Below the pieces are notes generated by a model that saw only the letters and a list, made by a program, of their open reading frames with translations, was not told the DNA's origin and searched no databases. Positions 54,805 through 64,000 of a stretch of 64,000 nucleotides of DNA are shown here, piece by piece (positions within the stretch are counted from its first letter, which is position 1; the number at the start of each line of letters is the position of its first letter). The position numbers and the translations under genes are program-made. Source of the DNA: the human T2T-CHM13v2.0 reference genome, Homo sapiens; assembly GCF_009914755.1 (NCBI RefSeq), contig NC_060927.1. One strand, written 5' to 3'.

Positions 54805-55460
54805 AAAAAGTTTGAAATCCTGTAATTTGTGATAATGTGGATGAACCTAGAGGATGTTAAGTGAAATAAGCCACACACAGATAGACAAATACCACGTGAT
54901 CTCACTCTTATGTGGAATTTTTTTTTAAATAAGTTGCTTAGCCGGGCATGATGGCACACACCTGTAATCCTAGCTACTCAGGAGGCTGAGGTGGGAGGAT
55001 GGCTTGAACTCAGAAGGTGGAGGTTGCAGTGAGCTGAGACTGTGCCAGTGCACTCCGGTCTGGGTGACAGAATGAAACCCAATTTAAAAAAAAAAAAAAA
55101 GTTGCTATCTTAGAAAAAGACAGTAGAGCAGTGGTTACCAGAGACTGGGGAGGAAAGAGAGGAGGTGAGAATGGGCAGCAGTTGATCAACGGGTACAAAG
55201 TTACCATGAGATAGGAGAAACAAGTGCTGGTGCTCTGCTCCAAGTAGGGTGACGGTAGTTAATAATGAATTCTGTATATATAAATAGCTAGAAGAGAGGG
55301 TTTTCAATATCATTATTATTTCAAAAGAAATGATAAATGTTTCAGAGGATGGATATGTAATTACCCTGATTTGATCATTGCACAATGTATACATGTAGCA
55401 AAACATCACATTGTGTCCCATAAATATATACAATTATTATGTGAATTAAATAAAAAAAAA
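54805..55460 (+). mobile_element. L1 3' end with an inserted Alu monomer (54940-55100), abutting the CCR2 promoter
   Basis: L1MA-type 3'UTR (gatttgatcattgcacaatgtatacatg) ending in AATAAA and poly-A. Confidence 0.75.
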
Positions 55461-55499
55461 TTTTAAAGTCTTATCTAAATGAAATTTCTAACCAGATTC

Positions 55500-55920
55500 T
55501 GAATCCATGATACCACTGAAACCAGCACACATGATCGCAGTAAAACCTCATTATACTTCCTCCACTATCACCAATACCCTTTATTCTCTGGAACATGAAA
55601 CATTCTGTTGTGCTCATATCATGCAAATTATCACTAGTAGGAGAGCAGAGAGTGGAAATGTTCCAGGTATAAAGACCCACAAGATAAAGAAGCTCAGAGT
55701 CGTTAGAAACAGGAGCAGATGTACAGGGTTTGCCTGACTCACACTCAAGGTTGCATAAGCAAGATTTCAAAATTAATCCTATTCTGGAGACCTCAACCCA
55801 ATGTACAATGTTCCTGACTGGAAAAGAAGAACTATATTTTTCTGATTTTTTTTTTTCAAATCTTTACCATTAGTTGCCCTGTATCTCCGCCTTCACTTTC
55901 TGCAGGAAACTTTATTTCCT
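55500..55920 (+). promoter_or_regulatory. CCR2: CCR2 promoter / proximal regulatory region
   Basis: Perfect octamer ATGCAAAT at 55621-55628, TATAAA at 55668-55673, AGATAA near 55682 and C/EBP-type TTGCATAA at 55751-55758, all in unique sequence at exon 1. Oct-1 and C/EBP control of CCR2 is established. Confidence 0.7.
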
Positions 55921-56014
55921 ACTTCTGCATACCAAGTTTCTACCTCTAGATCTGTTTGGTTCAGTTGCTGAGAAGCCTGACATACCAGGACTGCCTGAGA
56001 CAAGCCACAAGCTG
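55580..56014 (+). other. CCR2: CCR2 non-coding exon 1 (5' boundary approximate; shorter TSSs likely)
   Basis: Consensus donor CTG|GTGAGT at 56014/56015. Joined to the acceptor tttacag|AACAGAG (59313/59314), it reproduces the CCR2 5'UTR as I recall it (...caagccacaagctgaacagagaaagtgg...). Confidence 0.85.
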
Positions 56015-58502
56015 GTGAGTTGTAGGCATTTTTTCCATTACTTTCTGATTCATAGGCTCAACGCACCTCAAAGCTGGAAATGCCGGGTCTGGGTACACCC
56101 TGGGGAACTGCAAAGCCTGCACACTTGGGGGGAATGATCAAGATGAGAGGCAGGGGTGGGGATGGCATGTGCACCAGGAGATGTTAGAGAAACCCTGAGG
56201 AAGAGCAGCGTGCAGCAGGTGATGGGGGAGAGTGGGCAGCAAGCGAGGCCAGGACAGCCACTCTGCTCAGTCACCAGTCCACACACCCAGGGGCTCACTC
56301 TGCCCCTCTGAGCACCCAAGGACGTTAAAGAGCTGGAACTGTTAGTCTAAATATAGGACCATCCAAGCTCTGAACCAAAATGTGTCCCTTGCCTCAACTC
56401 AGGAGATCCACAGAGGCAGAAGTAAGGAATTTATTTTCTGAAAGATAGATTTCTATCAGTTCTGGGTGACATGTTCTGACACTTGAAATGACACCTAGGA
56501 CAGCACATTTCAGGCATCTTGCTCATTGTTCACTGTAGTAGAAGCTACATGCTAGCCAGTTGTAAAAATGAAATTAAGTAATGTGTGCACAGCATTTAAC
56601 ATAGCATCTGAGCTTCAGGAGCACTCAATTAATGACCACAGTTGTGATTCTTTAGGCAGATGCATTTTTTTCCAACTTTGATCAGAGGTCTTATTTAGCT
56701 TCTCCAGATTTCAAGAATCTGGCTCAGTGATATGAAATACAAGACTTGTGAAAAGTGTCAATTGCAAGAGAAATGGAAGGATAAAGTATACAGGTGGGTG
56801 GAAAAGAAATTCACAGTCACTGCCAGAAAAAAAATTCTTGAGAATCAAGTCCTGATGATGTTAGGGCTTATAGTTCTTATTATAAAGAGTTTTATGTACT
56901 CATTCAGTGAACATTTATTGGTGCCTCCTTTAGCCAGGTACTATCATAAGAGCTGAAAATAGAAGCATAATCCAGTCCTTGATCTTGAGGAACATGCTGT
57001 GTGTAGCAGATAACATAATAAGTGCTTATCTAGATGCATGCAGTGTTATGTGATAAGAGTAATATGACAGAGGATACAGATTAGGCTTCACAGAGAAGGG
57101 GGATTTGAGCAGGAGGTATTGAAGGGTGAATAGAAGCTCACCAATCATTTTGGGCAGAGGGGCAAGGACCTGCAAAACCACTGAAGCATGAAGGAAATGG
57201 TGAGTTTAGGGAAAATGAAGAGAAGATGGCTGTGACTGAAGCACAGGATTTGGGATTGGAGAAGGGACTGGAGGTGAGGCTGAAAAGAGGCAAACTCAGA
57301 AAAGATGTTGTGCTGGGCAGTCTGGACATTATCTTTGAAGCCCACCACATATAAGTCATAGGGCTACTGGAGGTTTTAAGCTAAGAGTGACTATTCAATT
57401 TCAACTTAAGAGAAGATAGGTTGAGAGGGAACATGGCTTGAGATGAGCCATGAGCAAAGGAAAGACTACAACAAAGCCAGGAGTGAGGAGTGTGTGAAGC
57501 AAGAAAGTGACAGTTGAAAGCAGTGCAGAGGGGATGAATCTGAGAGGCATCTATGAGGTGGAACTCAAATGACATGATAATAATACAGGGCATTTCTCTG
57601 TGTCAGATGCTGTCCTAAGTCCTTACTCCATTGATCTTCACAGCAACTCAGCATAGTTAATATTTTATGCATAAAGAAATCGGCACTTGAAGGAGTAATT
57701 GGCCCCAGATTACACTGCCTATAAGGATTCAAATCCAGGTTTGTTTGGCTCCAAAAACTGGCTCCTAATTTTCAGAAGGAGAAGCAACCCAGGGCAATGC
57801 CCAATTTTGCTTCTTAGGCAATGGAGGAATCCACAATCGGAAGGAGTTTTCAGCAGTGCCCCATTTGGGGTGGGTTGAATTTGAGGTCCCTGCATGATAC
57901 CCACTTTGCTCACTTCAGTGCCTAAAACTGAGTATGGTTCATAGTAGGTGTTCAATAAGTGTTGATGCAGTGAATACATGCATGGGGAGATATGCATCAG
58001 GCAATGGGAAATTCAACTCTAAGGCTTAGGGGAAAGCTGGAGCTTGAAGACAGAGCTTTAGAAAACAGTAGCATAGAAGGGAGTAGGAACCATGAGTTTA
58101 GACAATACAATTCAGGAAGAACTTTGTAGCAAGGATAAAGAGGCAAAAAATTAAAGAGGTGAGAGCTAAGTGTGGTGCCTGGGGAATCTTAAGGTGTGGG
58201 CACGGGGAGGAGATGCCAGCAAAGAACATGAATAAAAAGCGGTAGCACAGCCCCTCCCATCTGGAAGCCAAAAAGAATTGTAAATGGAGGAAGTTAGCAG
58301 AAGGATCAAATACTTGAAGAGGGTGGAATTGGAATAAAACCAGGGCATTTGAAAAATTGGGTTGTCACTGCAATCTTAACAAGAGAAGTTTTGGCAGGAT
58401 GATGGAGGCAGAAAGCTGAGAGAATCATCAGTTAGAACGTTTTTGACTTCAGAGAACAGAAAATGCAGTTCATAATGGCTTTAAAACAGGGGCTTGTTTT
58501 TC

Positions 58503-58791
58503 TCCCAGCAATTTGAGAGGCCAAGGCGGGTGCATCAGGAGGTCAAGAGACCGAGACCATCCTGGCCAACATGGTGAATCCCCATCTCTACTAAAAATAC
58601 AAAAATTAGCGGGGCATGGTGGTGCACGCCTATAGTCCCATCTACTCAGGAGGCTGAGGCAGGAGAATCACTTGAACCCAGGAGGTGGAGGTTGCAGTGA
58701 GCTGAGATCATGGCCACTGCACTATAGCCTGGAGACACAGCGAGACTCCGTCTCCAAAAAAAAAAAAAAAAGAAGGCAGAAGGTGAATAGT
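58503..58791 (+). mobile_element. 5'-truncated Alu in CCR2 intron 1
   Basis: Alu consensus with poly-A. Confidence 0.85.
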
Positions 58792-59364
58792 TCAAGGGTG
58801 GGTTTAGGACTCAGTGATAATAGGATTCTGCCTGGCTTCTCATGGTTCTCTAGGTCTTCCATTCATGGCACCATGCCCTCACTAGGCATGCTGCCAGAGC
58901 AGGAGGGGCAGGTGGAGGGTTCTCTTGTGTCTGTCTTATCAGGGAAGAAGAGCTTTCTCAGAAGCCCCCAGCAGACTCCCTTTTCATATTATGGTCCAGC
59001 AATGAGTCACAGACCTATGCACCACCTGCAAAGGAGCCAGAGAAAACAAACGCCCAGCGCTTTTAGCCTGAAAATGAGAATCTGGTTTGCTGGGGAAGAT
59101 AAAGGGTGTCGGAAAATGGCTGTTGGGTAAATCATTGATGTCTGCCACTAGGAATGAAAGGCAAATCAGGAACTGGCACACATGCTTTCAGGGAGATGGC
59201 TGCAAGGGAGAGGGCAAAGACTGGGAAGTTGCTTATGTGGTGCCAGACTATTTGGAAGATCATGGATTGCGGTGTTTGTGTTGTGTGGTCATCATTTTGT
59301 TCTTTGTTTACAGAACAGAGAAAGTGGATTGAACAAGGACGCATTTCCCCAGTACATCCACAAC

Positions 59365-60447
59365 ATGCTGTCCACATCTCGTTCTCGGTTTATCAGAAAT
59401 ACCAACGAGAGCGGTGAAGAAGTCACCACCTTTTTTGATTATGATTACGGTGCTCCCTGTCATAAATTTGACGTGAAGCAAATTGGGGCCCAACTCCTGC
59501 CTCCGCTCTACTCGCTGGTGTTCATCTTTGGTTTTGTGGGCAACATGCTGGTCGTCCTCATCTTAATAAACTGCAAAAAGCTGAAGTGCTTGACTGACAT
59601 TTACCTGCTCAACCTGGCCATCTCTGATCTGCTTTTTCTTATTACTCTCCCATTGTGGGCTCACTCTGCTGCAAATGAGTGGGTCTTTGGGAATGCAATG
59701 TGCAAATTATTCACAGGGCTGTATCACATCGGTTATTTTGGCGGAATCTTCTTCATCATCCTCCTGACAATCGATAGATACCTGGCTATTGTCCATGCTG
59801 TGTTTGCTTTAAAAGCCAGGACGGTCACCTTTGGGGTGGTGACAAGTGTGATCACCTGGTTGGTGGCTGTGTTTGCTTCTGTCCCAGGAATCATCTTTAC
59901 TAAATGCCAGAAAGAAGATTCTGTTTATGTCTGTGGCCCTTATTTTCCACGAGGATGGAATAATTTCCACACAATAATGAGGAACATTTTGGGGCTGGTC
60001 CTGCCGCTGCTCATCATGGTCATCTGCTACTCGGGAATCCTGAAAACCCTGCTTCGGTGTCGAAACGAGAAGAAGAGGCATAGGGCAGTGAGAGTCATCT
60101 TCACCATCATGATTGTTTACTTTCTCTTCTGGACTCCCTATAATATTGTCATTCTCCTGAACACCTTCCAGGAATTCTTCGGCCTGAGTAACTGTGAAAG
60201 CACCAGTCAACTGGACCAAGCCACGCAGGTGACAGAGACTCTTGGGATGACTCACTGCTGCATCAATCCCATCATCTATGCCTTCGTTGGGGAGAAGTTC
60301 AGAAGGTATCTCTCGGTGTTCTTCCGAAAGCACATCACCAAGCGCTTCTGCAAACAATGTCCAGTTTTCTACAGGGAGACAGTGGATGGAGTGACTTCAA
60401 CAAACACGCCTTCCACTGGGGAGCAGGAAGTCTCGGCTGGTTTATAA
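59365..60447 (+). CDS. CCR2: C-C chemokine receptor type 2, isoform B (360 aa, single coding exon)
   Basis: ATG at 59365 (caacATGc) translates [32 protein letters not shown]. Class A GPCR motifs are present: [27 protein letters not shown]. Ends [11 protein letters not shown]; 1083 nt. Codon 64 (59554-59556) is GTC = Val, so this is not the V64I allele. Confidence 0.99.
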   Translation: MLSTSRSRFIRNTNESGEEVTTFFDYDYGAPCHKFDVKQIGAQLLPPLYSLVFIFGFVGNMLVVLILINCKKLKCLTDIYLLNLAISDLLFLITLPLWAHSAANEWVFGNAMCKLFTGLYHIGYFGGIFFIILLTIDRYLAIVHAVFALKARTVTFGVVTSVITWLVAVFASVPGIIFTKCQKEDSVYVCGPYFPRGWNNFHTIMRNILGLVLPLLIMVICYSGILKTLLRCRNEKKRHRAVRVIFTIMIVYFLFWTPYNIVILLNTFQEFFGLSNCESTSQLDQATQVTETLGMTHCCINPIIYAFVGEKFRRYLSVFFRKHITKRFCKQCPVFYRETVDGVTSTNTPSTGEQEVSAGL

Positions 60448-61513
60448 AACGAGGAGCAGTTTGATTGTTGTTTATAAAGGGAGATAACAATCTGTATATA
60501 ACAACAAACTTCAAGGGTTTGTTGAACAATAGAAACCTGTAAAGCAGGTGCCCAGGAACCTCAGGGCTGTGTGTACTAATACAGACTATGTCACCCAATG
60601 CATATCCAACATGTGCTCAGGGAATAATCCAGAAAAACTGTGGGTAGAGACTTTGACTCTCCAGAAAGCTCATCTCAGCTCCTGAAAAATGCCTCATTAC
60701 CTTGTGCTAATCCTCTTTTTCTAGTCTTCATAATTTCTTCACTCAATCTCTGATTCTGTCAATGTCTTGAAATCAAGGGCCAGCTGGAGGTGAAGAAGAG
60801 AATGTGACAGGCACAGATGAATGGGAGTGAGGGATAGTGGGGTCAGGGCTGAGAGGAGAAGGAGGGAGACATGAGCATGGCTGAGCCTGGACAAAGACAA
60901 AGGTGAGCAAAGGGCTCACGCATTCAGCCAGGAGATGATACTGGTCCTTAGCCCCATCTGCCACGTGTATTTAACCTTGAAGGGTTCACCAGGTCAGGGA
61001 GAGTTTGGGAACTGCAATAACCTGGGAGTTTTGGTGGAGTCCGATGATTCTCTTTTGCATAAGTGCATGACATATTTTTGCTTTATTACAGTTTATCTAT
61101 GGCACCCATGCACCTTACATTTGAAATCTATGAAATATCATGCTCCATTGTTCAGATGCTTCTTAGGCCACATCCCCCTGTCTAAAAATTCAGAAAATTT
61201 TTGTTTATAAAAGATGCATTATCTATGATATGCTAATATATGTATATGCAATATATATAGGCTCTTGCTTGATCTCTCCAGGAGGTAGTGATTATGAGAA
61301 GGGGGTGGAGAATGATGAGTTCCTTCACCAGGAGCAAAGGACGGGGATCGTGTGGAACCACTGCAGAACTATTTCCGAAATCAACTAAGTGGAGAGAGCC
61401 AGGAAGGCTGCATCAGAACCCAGTAAAGCTTCTTGTCTGGATCTGAGCTGGTTTGTTTTGTGCTTGCTTTTCCCTGCCTTGCCACTCCCCTCACTCTTCT
61501 CTTTTCCCCACAG

Positions 61514-61697
61514 CCTTTTTCACATAGCTCTTGGCTGTAGGATTGCCCCACTCCAAAAACCAGTGTGTGGAGGTCCAGGAGTGAGACCAGGAAAGAATGT
61601 GAAAGTGACTACACAAGGACTCCTCGATGGTCGTGGAAAAGGAAAGTCAATTGGCAGAGCCCCTGAAGCCAGTCTTCAGGACAAAGAAGGAGCCTAG
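61514..61697 (+). CDS. CCR2: CCR2 isoform A alternative C-terminal exon (join 59365..60305,61514..61697; 374 aa)
   Basis: Internal donor AGAAG|GTATC at 60305/60306. Pyrimidine tract and CAG| acceptor at 61513/61514. The join reads ...GEKFRSLFHIALGCRIAPLQKP...QDKEGA-TAG; 941+184=1125 nt = 374 aa + stop, matching CCR2A. Confidence 0.97.
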
Positions 61698-62732
61698 AGA
61701 CAGAAATGACAGATCTCTGCTTTGGAAATCACACGTCTGGCTTCACAGATGTGTGATTCACAGTGTGAATCTTGGTGTCTACGTTACCAGGCAGGAAGGC
61801 TGAGAGGAGAGAGACTCCAGCTGGGTTGGAAAACAGTATTTTCCAAACTACCTTCCAGTTCCTCATTTTTGAATACAGGCATAGAGTTCAGACTTTTTTT
61901 AAATAGTAAAAATAAAATTAAAGCTGAAAACTGCAACTTGTAAATGTGGTAAAGAGTTAGTTTGAGTTACTATCATGTCAAACGTGAAAATGCTGTATTA
62001 GTCACAGAGATAATTCTAGCTTTGAGCTTAAGAATTTTGAGCAGGTGGTATGTTTGGGAGACTGCTGAGTCAACCCAATAGTTGTTGATTGGCAGGAGTT
62101 GGAAGTGTGTGATCTGTGGGCACATTAGCCTATGTGCATGCAGCATCTAAGTAATGATGTCGTTTGAATCACAGTATACGCTCCATCGCTGTCATCTCAG
62201 CTGGATCTCCATTCTCTCAGGCTTGCTGCCAAAAGCCTTTTGTGTTTTGTTTTGTATCATTATGAAGTCATGCGTTTAATCACATTCGAGTGTTTCAGTG
62301 CTTCGCAGATGTCCTTGATGCTCATATTGTTCCCTATTTTGCCAGTGGGAACTCCTAAATCAAGTTGGCTTCTAATCAAAGCTTTTAAACCCTATTGGTA
62401 AAGAATGGAAGGTGGAGAAGCTCCCTGAAGTAAGCAAAGACTTTCCTCTTAGTCGAGCCAAGTTAAGAATGTTCTTATGTTGCCCAGTGTGTTTCTGATC
62501 TGATGCAAGCAAGAAACACTGGGCTTCTAGAACCAGGCAACTTGGGAACTAGACTCCCAAGCTGGACTATGGCTCTACTTTCAGGCCACATGGCTAAAGA
62601 AGGTTTCAGAAAGAAGTGGGGACAGAGCAGAACTTTCACCTTCATATATTTGTATGATCCTAATGAATGCATAAAATGTTAAGTTGATGGTGATGAAATG
62701 TAAATACTGTTTTTAACAACTATGATTTGGAA

Positions 62733-62738
62733 AATAAA
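62733..62738 (+). terminator. CCR2: Distal CCR2 polyadenylation signal (AATAAA); a second AATAAA lies at 61911-61916
   Basis: AATAAA at the end of ~1 kb of unique 3'UTR, followed by GT/T-rich sequence and then an LTR. Confidence 0.7.
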
Positions 62739-62796
62739 TCAATGCTATAACTATGTTGATAAAAGATTTAAAAACAACTGGCTGTTTTTTTACACT

Positions 62797-63157
62797 GTGG
62801 TGTGGAAGATTGTGTTGTGTTCACAACTTTTCACTTCTTCCCCTGTGTGATTACACACACCTGCCCTTGTGTGACTTGCAGTGCGCCCTACAGGCCACAC
62901 ACCCCACGCCCTCCACCACTGGCTCTGCTGCTGGAATGTGAGCAGAAGTGACATCTGCCTCATCCAAGCGGAGCCTCTTGCTCAGCCACAGGAAGGCCCA
63001 TTCCAGATCACACCCGTCAGCCCGTGCGCCCTGGTGAATGAGAAGACACAGGGAGCTGCAGCCACATATAACATGAGCAAGAAGTCTGTGTTTGCTGTGA
63101 TAAGCCACTGAGTTTTAGGGGTTGTTTGTTAAGAAGCACAAAAACCGATTAAGACAT
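62797..63157 (+). mobile_element. Old MLT1-type MaLR LTR
   Basis: Contains ggaatgtgagcagaagtgac and taagccactgagttttaggggttgtttgtta, typical of MLT1. Confidence 0.6.
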
Positions 63158-63529
63158 GTGGTATATAGTGACTTCATATATAGAATCTGGAAAACTATCC
63201 ATTTATTTTCAATCATGGAATTCAATATGACAAGCATCCCGGAGGGTCTACCTATGCCAGACTGGGTTGGAAACAGAAAGACAGATGTTAATGCCAGTGT
63301 CCTTTACACCTCCAAGTCCAGGGCCAGCTGTGGAGTGGGAGGGGTAGAGAAGGTCCTGTGCACAGTCACAGTGCGCTGTGCAGAGCAGGAACAGAGGCAT
63401 CTGTGAAAAGTGCTGAGAGCCTGGAGGACAGAGTGACTAATGCAATGACAGTCTTGCATCATAGGAATAACAGCCACAGCAGGATTTTATTGCTGCCAAA
63501 GAAACTGCCATTTAAAAATTGCCAGCCAT

Positions 63530-63652
63530 CCGGGAGGCTGAGGCAGGAGAATGGCATGAATCCAGGAGGCGGAGCTTGCAGTGAGCCGAGATCGGGCCAC
63601 TGCACTCCAGCCTGGGCAACAGAGCCAGACTCCATCTCAAAAAAAAAAAAAA
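63530..63652 (+). mobile_element. 5'-truncated AluY (right arm only)
   Basis: gagaatggcatgaatccaggaggcggagcttgc; near-TSD tgccagccatc / tgccaaccatc. Confidence 0.85.
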
Positions 63653-64000
63653 TGCCAACCATCTCTCTTTCTAAAGTGGAATCCTCAAGTCTCGTTTATT
63701 CTGGGGACATTTGAGTAGGCTGTTCGAGTTAAGCAGGTGGAAGATGATGATCCCTCATCATCATTCTGAGGGATGAGTGTCTGAAGACTTTTTGGTAAGG
63801 AAGGGTCTTGGCATAGCCCACCCCATGCCACCTCCCTTGATCTGTGATATCCCCAGCAGCTGGGGAGGTTGGAGCATTTTGCAAAGAGGCCCCGAAGCCT
63901 CCAGAAAGTAAACCTTCAAGAGCCCATCCTTCCTTCCTCTTTTGTTTTTGCTCATTATGAAAACTTCCCTGACAAATTGAAAAGGCTTCAGGTGAGATTA

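Noticed and set aside
59554-59556. CCR2 V64I variant
   Set aside because: The codon is GTC (Val), the common allele.
59809-60357. 182-aa antisense ORF over CCR2
   Set aside because: Shadow frame of the coding strand; no recognisable domain or independent signals.

Overview
Human (primate) genomic DNA from the chemokine-receptor cluster on 3p21.31. The only intact protein-coding gene is CCR2 (+ strand). It has a non-coding exon 1 ending at 56014 and a coding exon starting at 59314, and gives isoform B (360 aa, 59365-60447) and spliced isoform A (374 aa, 59365-60305 joined to 61514-61697). The ~55 kb upstream is mostly repeats: L1, about 18 Alus, MaLR/ERV LTRs and DNA-transposon fossils, plus a processed UQCRC2 pseudogene (- strand) inserted into an old L1. 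The most unusual structure is a ~10 kb nested retroviral complex at 27.5-37.9 kb. An MST LTR is interrupted by a betaretrovirus-like element that looks like a scrambled HML-6/HML-3 mosaic. That element in turn holds an antisense HERV-H provirus (TSD CTAAC, Phe-like rather than His PBS), an AluY and a MER9 solo LTR. I see no evidence of a new multi-gene system. Repeat family names come from my recall of consensus sequences and need RepeatMasker/Dfam confirmation.
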